Positions 27,880 to 36,088 of a stretch of 64,000 bases of DNA are shown here, in pieces; position 1 is the stretch's first letter, and every line of letters begins with the position of its first letter. Both the position numbers and the translations under genes were made by a program. The stretch spans positions 542,928 through 606,927 of the forward strand of contig JBAZUE010000001.1 in assembly GCA_041661605.1 (NCBI GenBank), read 5' to 3'. The stretch is from Candidatus Omnitrophota bacterium. GTDB taxonomy: Bacteria > Omnitrophota > Gorgyraeia > Gygaellales > Profunditerraquicolaceae. The notes below the pieces were generated by a model. It searched no databases. It was given only the letters and a program-made list of their open reading frames with translations, and was not told the origin of the DNA.

Positions 27880-29437
27880 AATTTATAAACTCCGAAGCGG
27901 AGATATCATCCAGGTTAACCGTCTGTCCAAGTTTGAAATCTTTGCCAATATCTTTAGTCTCCATAAAAAGCTGATTCATAAGGGAATTGTCGGTGCGATG
28001 ATAGTGGCGGACGATAAATATCTTATCGAATAACATCGCGGATATATTAACGGCATCGCTTAACTGCCGGCTGTCTGAAACCGGCAATAGGAATATATAG
28101 TTATTCAAATAATAAGATTGAGCGAATAATACCCCTCTCATATCGCAGGCAATGACCGCCGATGTTTTTCCTTGCGCCTTCTTATTTATCCAGCGGCAAA
28201 TATTTTTCGGAGCAGGGCCAAATTGCACACTGCTGACCAGAAACGAAGATACCAGCATGAATAAAATAAACAGGACCGCAACCGTTTTATTCCTTGAGAA
28301 AGCAAAACTTAAAAAATACCCTGCCAGCGGAATAAATCCTAAAAAGGAAAACATCCAAAAACGCTCCTGCCGCAGGAGAGCGCCATGCTGAATAACATCC
28401 AGGAGGAACATCGCCAATAAGGGCACGATAAAAATACTTAAACAGAACCAAAGCTGTCTGCGGTATTTAACAAAAATATCCTTTGCCCCGTAAATGGCCA
28501 TATAAATAAAAAAGATCAAACCCGTCAACAAAAATGCCCGCGCCGGAATGCCGGGATAATCAAATATAAGGATATAACGGCTGGCTCCCAGGAATATGCT
28601 GCCTATCTTATTGATTAAGCCGGGATAGCCAAATACCCATTCCGCGTTACGGAAATTATAACCTTTTGCAGCCATCAGGATGAGCCAGGGCGAAAAAAAC
28701 AACAAAGAGCTTAAAACAGCTAAATAGAATTTCCTGATCCTGGCGTTCTCTTGTTTATGGGCAAAGCTGAAATAGATAAGCTGGCCGATAGCGACAAAAG
28801 CATAAAAATAATGCGTATACAGCCCCAGGGTGCTGAATACGGCAAACCAAAAGGCGTCCCAATTCTTATTATTTTTTTCCAGCCTTAATAAAAACAACGA
28901 AGATAATAAACCAATGGCCATAATCAGGCTATAGGCGCGCGCCTCCTGGGAATAGCGGACGCTAAAAGGGCTGATAGCGGCAAATAACGCGCAGAAAACA
29001 GCTACGCGCGGATTAAAAAGACGCAATCCTATCCTGTAAACCAGGAATATGGCAAAGATACCCATCAGAACAGAAAAAAACCTCACAACAAACAGAGAAT
29101 CACCGAACAGTTTCATCCAAATGTACATTATCCAGAAATACAGCGGCGGATGAGTATCCGTATCCAACAAACCGCTGGTTACGTCTTTAATATGTTTGGC
29201 AGAATCATTCTGAAGAAATGGCCTGAAATCCCGCGGCTTTAACAAGGCAGGAACCTCTTTTTTAGAAAGATCATCAACAAACTTTACCACATCAACACCA
29301 TGGCCGCTGGACTCAAAAAGAGTAAAGAATTCATCAGTCCATAAGGAGCGGCTGGAGAGGTTGTTAAGCCGGAAAAATAAGCCGAGTACAAATATAAACA
29401 GCAAAACAAAAAGGATATGTATTTTATTTATAGACAT
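27860..29437 (-). CDS. glycosyltransferase family 39 (ArnT/PMT-like) membrane protein
   Basis: Many predicted TM helices. N-terminal LWTDEFFT (DE motif in the first loop) and DTHPPLYFW, plus a soluble C-terminal region of about 120 aa. Confidence 0.7.
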   Translation of the reverse strand: MSINKIHILFVLLFIFVLGLFFRLNNLSSRSLWTDEFFTLFESSGHGVDVVKFVDDLSKKEVPALLKPRDFRPFLQNDSAKHIKDVTSGLLDTDTHPPLYFWIMYIWMKLFGDSLFVVRFFSVLMGIFAIFLVYRIGLRLFNPRVAVFCALFAAISPFSVRYSQEARAYSLIMAIGLLSSLFLLRLEKNNKNWDAFWFAVFSTLGLYTHYFYAFVAIGQLIYFSFAHKQENARIRKFYLAVLSSLLFFSPWLILMAAKGYNFRNAEWVFGYPGLINKIGSIFLGASRYILIFDYPGIPARAFLLTGLIFFIYMAIYGAKDIFVKYRRQLWFCLSIFIVPLLAMFLLDVIQHGALLRQERFWMFSFLGFIPLAGYFLSFAFSRNKTVAVLFILFMLVSSFLVSSVQFGPAPKNICRWINKKAQGKTSAVIACDMRGVLFAQSYYLNNYIFLLPVSDSRQLSDAVNISAMLFDKIFIVRHYHRTDNSLMNQLFMETKDIGKDFKLGQTVNLDDISASEFINYAHNHR

Positions 29438-29438
29438 A

Positions 29439-31520
29439 TTAACCCACTAACATTAATTTTTCGTATTCCGGGAACCTCTGCAGAAGCTTTTCCTTTAATA
29501 ACTGATGCGGCCGCTCTTCTAAACGGATATCCTGGTTAAGCAGTTTGATTGCTTCCTGTCTGGCTGCCCTAAGCAGCTGCATCTGGGTAAGAGGATTAGC
29601 GAGCCTTAACTCCGCCAAGCCATGCTGCCTGTTGCCAAAGAATTCACCCGGGCCCCTGATCTTTAAATCCTCCTCTGAAATGCGGAAACCATCGTTTGAA
29701 GAAACCATGGCCTTTAACCTTGCCCTGGCCTCTTCGGTCTGGGCATCGGAGATAAGCACGCAAAACGACTGCAGACTTCCCCTGCCGATCCTTCCGCGTA
29801 ACTGATGCAGCTGGCTTAAGCCAAAACGTTCGGCATGAGCAACAATCATACAAGTTGCGTTAGGAATGTCAATACCTACTTCCAGGATAGTGGTTGAGAC
29901 CAAAAGGTCAAGCTCTTTATTCCTGAATTTAAGCATAATCTCTTCCTGCTCTTTTGCCTTTAGTTTTCCGTGGACCAGGCCAAGCTTAAAACTTTTAAAC
30001 TGCCCTTCTTTTAATTCGGCGAACATTTTTTTGGCTCCGGCAATATCTAAAGCGTAAGATTCCTCGATAACCGGATAGATAATATAAGCCTGGCGACCAT
30101 AGTTAAGCTCCTGTCTGGCAATCGCAAAACCTTTTTCTTTATTCTGCTGGCTGAAATGCAGAGTTTTTACGGGAAGACGGCCGGCAGGCAGTTCATTGAT
30201 TACCGAGATATCCAAGTCGCCATAGAGGGTAATCGCCAGTGTCCGCGGAATTGGAGTAGCGGTCATAATCAATACATCAGGGTTGTTGCCTTTCCTGGGC
30301 AAGAGCGCCCTTTGCCCTACCCCAAATTTGTGCTGTTCATCAATTATGGCAAAACTTAAATCTTTAAAATTCAAATCTTCCTGCAAAAGGGCGTGCGTGC
30401 CGATAATCAGGTCGAGCCTGCCTTCTTTAACCTCCTGGTATATCTTCTCCTTTTGCTTATCCTGGCCGGTTAATAAACCCACGCGCAGTTTACGGCCGTT
30501 AAAAATTAAGCCGGCTAACTGAGAGGTTATTTTGGCGTAGTGCTGACGGGCAAGTATCTCTGTCGGCGCCATAAAAGCCGCCTGATGGCCGCTTTGGATA
30601 GCGATCAAACAAGCTATGGTTGCCACCACGGTCTTGCCTGACCCAACATCTCCCTGCAGGAGACGCTGCATAGCCGCTCCGGAGGCCATATCTGTTTTTA
30701 TTTCCTCTAAGACTTTTTGCTGCGCGCTGGTTAGTTTAAAAGGTAGTTGGAGAATAAAATCCTCAATCAGCCTGCCATTAACAGTATGCTTTATGCCTTT
30801 CTTTTCTTTGCGCTTTAGTTTTCTTAAAACAAGGGGAAGCTGAAAAATAAAAAACTCCTCAAAACTCAAACGTATAAGCGCCTGTTTCTGCAGGGCGAGG
30901 TCCTGCGGGAAATGTATGTTCAATAAACTCTGCGCCAGGTTAAGCAGGTTGTTGCGGCTGCGTAAATCAAAGGTGAGGCAATCTTTGGTTTTAGGAAGGA
31001 ATTCATCCATGGCGCTCTTGATCAGACGGCGCATACTGCGCTGGCTGGCACCCTTAGGCAGGGTATAAATCGGCACAATCCTGCCGATATTCAATGAATC
31101 ATCATCCTCCCCGTCAAGAAACTCATACTCCGGGTTATTCATCTGCATCCTGCCGTTATATAACTCCACCTTGCCGTAAACGATCACAGAAACACCCGGC
31201 TTGAGATACTCTCTTAAGTACGGCTGGTTAAACCAGACACAATTGATCTTTCCTGTCTTATCCGCCAGCACCGCTTCAGTTATGCTAAATGTTCGCCTGC
31301 GCCAGGAGTTGCGCTGGTCTCCGAATAAAACTTCAGTTTTTATAGTATAAATCTCTCCTTCCTTAAGTTCGGAAATGCTGGAGAAATTTGTGCGGTCTTC
31401 ATAGCGGCGGGGGAAATAATACAACAAATCTTCGATGGTGTTTATACCTCTAGCGGAGAAGCTCTTTGCCCGTTTAGGGCCTATACCTTTAAGATATTGG
31501 ATAGATGTGCTTTGCAACAT
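29439..31520 (-). CDS. recG: ATP-dependent DNA helicase RecG
   Basis: Wedge domain followed by GDVGSGKT, DEQHKFGV, TATPIPRT and QLRGRIGRG helicase motifs; 693 aa. Confidence 0.92.
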   Translation of the reverse strand: MLQSTSIQYLKGIGPKRAKSFSARGINTIEDLLYYFPRRYEDRTNFSSISELKEGEIYTIKTEVLFGDQRNSWRRRTFSITEAVLADKTGKINCVWFNQPYLREYLKPGVSVIVYGKVELYNGRMQMNNPEYEFLDGEDDDSLNIGRIVPIYTLPKGASQRSMRRLIKSAMDEFLPKTKDCLTFDLRSRNNLLNLAQSLLNIHFPQDLALQKQALIRLSFEEFFIFQLPLVLRKLKRKEKKGIKHTVNGRLIEDFILQLPFKLTSAQQKVLEEIKTDMASGAAMQRLLQGDVGSGKTVVATIACLIAIQSGHQAAFMAPTEILARQHYAKITSQLAGLIFNGRKLRVGLLTGQDKQKEKIYQEVKEGRLDLIIGTHALLQEDLNFKDLSFAIIDEQHKFGVGQRALLPRKGNNPDVLIMTATPIPRTLAITLYGDLDISVINELPAGRLPVKTLHFSQQNKEKGFAIARQELNYGRQAYIIYPVIEESYALDIAGAKKMFAELKEGQFKSFKLGLVHGKLKAKEQEEIMLKFRNKELDLLVSTTILEVGIDIPNATCMIVAHAERFGLSQLHQLRGRIGRGSLQSFCVLISDAQTEEARARLKAMVSSNDGFRISEEDLKIRGPGEFFGNRQHGLAELRLANPLTQMQLLRAARQEAIKLLNQDIRLEERPHQLLKEKLLQRFPEYEKLMLVG

Positions 31521-31526
31521 GGATTT

Positions 31527-31557
31527 ATTATACTATAAAACCTAATAAACCGTCTTA
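31527..31557 (-). promoter_or_regulatory. recG promoter, probably giving a leaderless mRNA
   Basis: Perfect TATAAT (31527-31532) ends 6 nt before the recG ATG, and there is no SD. The upstream TAAGACGGTTTAT resembles the stop-proximal end of the class-2 51-bp element. Confidence 0.5.
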
Positions 31558-31612
31558 AAAAATATTTTTAGGGGGACTTGAAAATGGGGTAGGCATGTGG
31601 CATACTTATATT

Positions 31613-31714
31613 GAACCAAGAGTGTAACAAGCAACAAGGAGGCTAGGAACGATAGCGGGAGCTATTAGGCCTATCACCTACAAAGAAACCCCGGGAAAAT
31701 ACGGGGCTTTTTTG
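31613..31714 (+). ncRNA. candidate ~100-nt small RNA (function unknown)
   Basis: Plus-strand TTGAAA-N17-CATACT promoter (31578-31606) and the terminator at 31689-31713 bracket about 100 nt. That stretch has an ATAGC-GGGA-GCTAT stem and an AAGGAGG run but no AUG/GUG/UUG at RBS distance. Confidence 0.3.
31689..31713. terminator. bidirectional intrinsic terminator
   Basis: CCCCG-GGAAAATA-CGGGG with CTTTTTT on the plus strand and TTTCTTT on the minus strand. Confidence 0.7.
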
Positions 31715-31725
31715 TTAATAAGCGG

Positions 31726-31841
31726 ATAATTTACGGAGTGAGCTTGGCGAACGACGTAAATTATAGCGAAGCGTCCGCGAATTAATACCCGTAGCTGCAA
31801 GCAGATTTTAAAAAATCTGCGCCGCGCTTAGCTACGGGTAT
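31726..31841. repeat. pair of palindromic hairpins related to the 15-kb composite palindrome
   Basis: Hairpin 1 is ATAATTTACG-N19-CGTAAATTAT, with a loop holding GAGTGAG and CGAACGA. Hairpin 2 is ATACCCGTAGCT...AGCTACGGGTAT enclosing GCAGATTTT-AA-AAAATCTGC. It shares TTACG/CGTAA stems and the GAGTGAG, CGAACG and GATTTT/AAAATC words with 14998-15169. Confidence 0.7.
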
Positions 31842-31891
31842 CTTGCTATATAAATCTTCGAGTGATTAGGCGTAGGATATTATATAGGGTG

Positions 31892-31942
31892 TATTTGTTA
31901 TGTAACCATATTATTCACACTGAGTTACATAGACTGTCTACA
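31892..31942 (-). repeat. 51-bp unit-boundary element, copy 2 (class 1)
   Basis: TATTTGTTATGTAACCATATTATTCACACTGAGTTACATAGACTGTCTACA. It supplies the TAG stop (31938-31940) of the DUF3568-like gene. Confidence 0.9.
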
Positions 31943-32327
31943 AATATTCTTTGATCCTGTTCAAAATCTTGGTGCAGGCTGCCTTGTCTCCACTGACCCC
32001 GCCTACACGAACCTCTACTTTTGTAGAAGTATCGGTAACTCTTCTAATATCAATCCAGATTTCCTTGCCATCGGTATAGTGGCTTCTAAACGTGGCGACA
32101 TTGGCTTCTTTAGCTTCTTTAGTTATTTCAAATTTAAAAGACCTTAAAGCCGACTCGGTAGCTTGTATCGTACGATCATAAGAAGCTTCAAATTGCTGGG
32201 TCAATTTTCCGGAAAGCCAGACACCTGTTCCTACGCCGCCTACAGCCCCCGCAAATAAAGCAAAACAACCGTACATATTTAAGAGCAAAAATCCGGAAAA
32301 AACAAAAATCGCCGCTTTCCTAAACAT
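31938..32327 (-). CDS. small lipoprotein (DUF3568-like)
   Basis: Signal peptide with a LNMYGC lipobox-like Cys; about 130 aa. The family assignment is from memory only. Confidence 0.45.
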   Translation of the reverse strand: MFRKAAIFVFSGFLLLNMYGCFALFAGAVGGVGTGVWLSGKLTQQFEASYDRTIQATESALRSFKFEITKEAKEANVATFRSHYTDGKEIWIDIRRVTDTSTKVEVRVGGVSGDKAACTKILNRIKEYL

Positions 32328-32385
32328 TCCCTCCTCCTTTTTTTACGTTAAACAATTCATTCACCTGTAACACAAAATATATCTT

Positions 32386-32847
32386 TTATTTTGCCAAACC
32401 GGGAAAATTATCATTTAGAAATTTTTCCGCATCAATTGCGTTATCCGGGATCTTCTCTCCTTTAGCTATACACCGGATAGTTAATGTTACGTTCGGCTCG
32501 ACAAGCTCCGATAAAGCCGAATTTCCTGAGTCAGTTGCGTCCGGGGAACTATAGGAATTATTTTGGTTCATTCCGGAGACTAAAGAGCAAATCTTGGATT
32601 TATCATCCTTATTCAGTACGACAAAATAGGAGCAGCCTTTTGAGAGGGTTTCTGAAGATGCCCGCTGAAGCGCATACTTTTCAACCTCCTTTTGGCTCAT
32701 ATATGCATTACCGCAAAAAGTTACTGTAATCACATTAGGGGAAATCTTATCCACGATTGCCTGCTTCCTCTGGCTGGATAACTGGAAACTTGAGCAACCT
32801 GATAAAAGAAATAACAACCCTAACGACAAACAACATATTACTTTCAT
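32386..32847 (-). CDS. hypothetical lipoprotein
   Basis: Signal peptide with lipobox LLSGC; GGAGGA RBS upstream; no recognisable domain. Confidence 0.4.
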   Translation of the reverse strand: MKVICCLSLGLLFLLSGCSSFQLSSQRKQAIVDKISPNVITVTFCGNAYMSQKEVEKYALQRASSETLSKGCSYFVVLNKDDKSKICSLVSGMNQNNSYSSPDATDSGNSALSELVEPNVTLTIRCIAKGEKIPDNAIDAEKFLNDNFPGLAK

Positions 32848-32958
32848 AGTATCCTCCTATCTGACTGGATATATATTCCCACCAATTATAAAAAAATAAA
32901 GCGGTTAATTCCTGATTTTTATGACTTTATTCCACTAGGGGAAAATTGGAAGAAAAAC

Positions 32959-34746
32959 TTAATTAGCTCCTGTCGTACGGGATGGCCGGGTGGCGCCATT
33001 TTGCAAGGCTACGGGGCTGGCCCCAAAGTTATAGGTAAGGCTTAAATAAGCTCCTCTTTTCTGGTAAGAGCGCTGCCCGTGATCCGGCCAGGTAGTAAAG
33101 AAATCACCCGACGCGGAAAGCAGCCAATTATCCGTAAGGCGATAGTTGAGGCTTGCCGCAACATAAGCAGTAGGGTGATCTGATTTTTTATGAAGGGTAT
33201 CCGGCTTACGCTGGAATTCATAGCCACCGGAAGCCTTGGCTTCAAAGAATAATTTGCTGGTAAGGTCTAAACCAGTGTAAATACCTAAGGCATGAGAAAG
33301 AAGCGAGCGGGGATTAAAATAGCCATTACTTAATTCCGGTTCAGCCCAGCTTGAATAATAGTAATTGTAAAAAAGCTTGATGTAGGGCTTATGCGAAAGA
33401 CGGTATTCGGTTGTACCGAAAATCTGATTCTGCCGGTTATCATCGCTAAAGTAGCTCCGCTTATATCTTACATTGAAAAACCAGAAACGATCCGGCCTGA
33501 AATCAATAGAAATTGACGGGCTGTTCGTGATAATCTTATTTCTAAGCGCGTCATTATCCTCAAAGGTTTCCCGATCATAAGCAACATCAAGACGCCAGCG
33601 GTCATCCGGCTTATAAGTAAACCAGGTATTCGTGGTAAACGGATTAAAATCAACCTTATTAAATTGTGTTTCATATAGGAACGAGTTGAATTCAAAAGTA
33701 TCCCCGAAGATTTTGCTTAAACCTGCACCCTGGCGGTTTGCGGATATAGCCGGCTGGGCAGCGCCTTTTTTGCGCAAAACCTGATGCTCATATATCCCGT
33801 CAATAGAAGTGGTATAATCTAAATGCAATCCCGAACGCAGGCCTCCGGTTAAAACTGTCTGCGGGGTGCTGTCGTCCGTAAAACGGCTATACGGCCTGAA
33901 AAACGGATACTGTGAATTTTTAATCTGAGAATACAAATCCTGCGCCTCTTTTCGGCCAGGCTCAAATTCAAGCAATTCTTTTATCCTCTCAACCGCACGC
34001 ACGTCATCTCCAAGCCAATGCAAAGCAAAAGCCATGCCCTCAATCGCATCCGGATTTTTAGGATATTGCTTCAATACCTGCTCATAACGGCTTATACCTT
34101 TACGATGATACCCCTGCCAGACTAAAACCCTGGCCTGGGAATTAAGCGCATTAAGGTTACCGGGTTCCTTATCAAGCACTTTCTGATACAGCCGATACGA
34201 TTCCTCAAGTTTATCCTGGAGGCTTAAAATGTTTGCCTTGCCCAAAAGCGCATTCGTATTATCCGGCCAAAGCTTAAGAGCTTCCTCATATACCCGCAAT
34301 GATTGGATTTTTTGGTTATTCCATAAAAGAGCTTCGGCCAATCCCAAGTACACCTGCGGGTCTTCGATCTTGGAGGCAATAATCTCTTTGTATATTTTCA
34401 CTGATTCAGGAATCCTGCCGCTCCATTTATACTGATCCGCAAGCTCTCTTAGTATTTCAGCGGAGCGTTCCGGATGCGTCGAACGCACTTCTTCAAAAAG
34501 TTTTATCGCCTCTTCATGTTTATCCGCATAGGTATAAACACGCGCCCACTCAATGAGCAGGCCGGGATCCTTGTGTAACCCTTCGCTAATCCTGGAGTAG
34601 ACATCGAGGGCGGCAATATAAGATTTATCCTCGACAAGTTTCCTGGCTTTGCCTAAGGAGTCGTTAAAGCTGTCATCAGCATAAACGCTCGAGACGCAAA
34701 ACAAGATAACAAATACCAGAATTATAAACGAACAATTCTTACGCAT
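32959..34746 (-). CDS. TPR-repeat / C-terminal beta-barrel outer-membrane export protein (PgaA/BcsC-like)
   Basis: Signal peptide, then about 250 aa of TPR-like A..Y...L repeats. The C-terminal half has alternating beta-strand patterns ending in AYLSLTYNF. TGATG coupling to the upstream GT2; start set to ATG 34746. Confidence 0.6.
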   Translation of the reverse strand: MRKNCSFIILVFVILFCVSSVYADDSFNDSLGKARKLVEDKSYIAALDVYSRISEGLHKDPGLLIEWARVYTYADKHEEAIKLFEEVRSTHPERSAEILRELADQYKWSGRIPESVKIYKEIIASKIEDPQVYLGLAEALLWNNQKIQSLRVYEEALKLWPDNTNALLGKANILSLQDKLEESYRLYQKVLDKEPGNLNALNSQARVLVWQGYHRKGISRYEQVLKQYPKNPDAIEGMAFALHWLGDDVRAVERIKELLEFEPGRKEAQDLYSQIKNSQYPFFRPYSRFTDDSTPQTVLTGGLRSGLHLDYTTSIDGIYEHQVLRKKGAAQPAISANRQGAGLSKIFGDTFEFNSFLYETQFNKVDFNPFTTNTWFTYKPDDRWRLDVAYDRETFEDNDALRNKIITNSPSISIDFRPDRFWFFNVRYKRSYFSDDNRQNQIFGTTEYRLSHKPYIKLFYNYYYSSWAEPELSNGYFNPRSLLSHALGIYTGLDLTSKLFFEAKASGGYEFQRKPDTLHKKSDHPTAYVAASLNYRLTDNWLLSASGDFFTTWPDHGQRSYQKRGAYLSLTYNFGASPVALQNGATRPSRTTGAN

Positions 34747-36086
34747 CAATTTTCCCTTTGCGAAATAACCCACTCCCTCTTGCCTAAAAGTTCATCTCTT
34801 ATCGCAACCACCTGTATTGTGTTCTTGAATAATGTATACCAGAAAGCAAAAAACGCGTAGTAAATATATTGCCAGGCCGGGGCCCTCGGAAGAGAAGCGT
34901 TTTTGTAGGCGACCAGAGATTCAAACGGGCCGCTGAGCATGACAAAAAACAGGGAGAACCAAAGAAAGCTGTTCATCGGTATCTCTATTCTCCCCCTTGT
35001 TAACCAAAACGCAAAAACCACAGGAAAAAGAAAGTGACTCAAGATATCGTAAATTACGCGCCACATCAAAAGGGTCGTCCACATAAACTTCTGGGATATG
35101 TTAAGTAACTTACTCATCAAGATAGCTGGCTGGTATTTCAGTGAACACTGAAACCACCCCTGCGCCCAGCGTTTCCTCTGAAACCACAGACCTCCCATGG
35201 TCTCAGGAGCCAACTCAGTAGAGATAATGCTGCGGTCGTGGACAATATGATTCCCCTGAAGTATGGCCCGCAGGGTCGTGTCGATATCTTCGGTTAGCCT
35301 GCCGGGGTCAAATTTTATTTTCTTGATAATGGAACTGCGCCAGTAACCGTTTGTGCCGCCGAAAAGAGTGGAATCAAAGATCCGGGACTTGGCGTAATGG
35401 CTGACCCCGTAAATAGCCTCAAACTCTATTTCCACCAACGCAGAAACAGCGCTTTTTCTGCCATTACGGATCTTACACCTCCCCTGTACCACGCTATACC
35501 CCTCATCTAGCCAGCGCCAAGCGCGCTTCAGACAGTCCGGGGCCACCAGATGATCGGCATCCAGTAATACAATCATCTCGCCGGAGGCAATCTCAAGGCT
35601 GTAATTTAAATTTTCGCTCTTGCTCCTTGAGCCGTAAGCGTTTGCCAATATGAGTTCCGGCCACTTATACGCAAGTTCTCTCAGGCGCGGCTCTATTCCT
35701 TCCACCACATGCGGGGTGTTATAAGCCAGAATAACTTCAATTCCGCCCTCGGGACGCTGGATGCGCCCTAGAATATTCAAGAGCGTATCCTCGATAACCT
35801 CGGCCTCATTTGGAAGATAGGCGCTGACGATAAAAGTTGTTTTTGGGACAGGGATATGTTGTGCGGCGGGTAATTCTCTAAACTTTCTGTTCCTGAAAGC
35901 GCTGAAGGAATACAGATACGACAATCCAGCCTGGAATACAAATAACCATACGAAGAAATAATAGGCGTAATTCAGGAAAACCGGCCAGCGCAAGCCTATA
36001 AAGTAAAAGATAAAGGTGGGGATTACTAAAAGGATAAATAAGATCTCAAAGATCTTGCCGCCTTCTATCTTCCTCTTCTTGTCCAA
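34746..36086 (-). CDS. processive family-2 glycosyltransferase (polysaccharide synthase)
   Basis: N- and C-terminal TM helices flank a GT2 core with LLDADH (DxD), RLTEDID (TED) and QRKRWAQGW (QxxRW). Confidence 0.8.
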   Translation of the reverse strand: MDKKRKIEGGKIFEILFILLVIPTFIFYFIGLRWPVFLNYAYYFFVWLFVFQAGLSYLYSFSAFRNRKFRELPAAQHIPVPKTTFIVSAYLPNEAEVIEDTLLNILGRIQRPEGGIEVILAYNTPHVVEGIEPRLRELAYKWPELILANAYGSRSKSENLNYSLEIASGEMIVLLDADHLVAPDCLKRAWRWLDEGYSVVQGRCKIRNGRKSAVSALVEIEFEAIYGVSHYAKSRIFDSTLFGGTNGYWRSSIIKKIKFDPGRLTEDIDTTLRAILQGNHIVHDRSIISTELAPETMGGLWFQRKRWAQGWFQCSLKYQPAILMSKLLNISQKFMWTTLLMWRVIYDILSHFLFPVVFAFWLTRGRIEIPMNSFLWFSLFFVMLSGPFESLVAYKNASLPRAPAWQYIYYAFFAFWYTLFKNTIQVVAIRDELLGKREWVISQREN

Positions 36087-36088
36087 AT

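Noticed and set aside
31598-31613. A sigma54 promoter (TGGCAT...TATTG) in the 31.6-kb intergenic region.
   Set aside because: The spacing between the GG and the TTG/GC elements is wrong by 2 nt, and the -12 element is not TTGC. A sigma70-like reading fits better.
31892-31942. The 51-bp element as an integron attC site, a dif/Xer site or a Fur box.
   Set aside because: - attC would require RYYYAAC/GTTRRRY cores and cassette-type gene content. Here the arms are ATGTAAC/GTTACAT and the neighbours are core genes such as argH and lysA.
- The dif-like resemblance (TTATGTAAC against the XerD arm) fails on arm spacing, which is 17 nt rather than 6 nt.
- The AT core lacks the 7-1-7 Fur symmetry.
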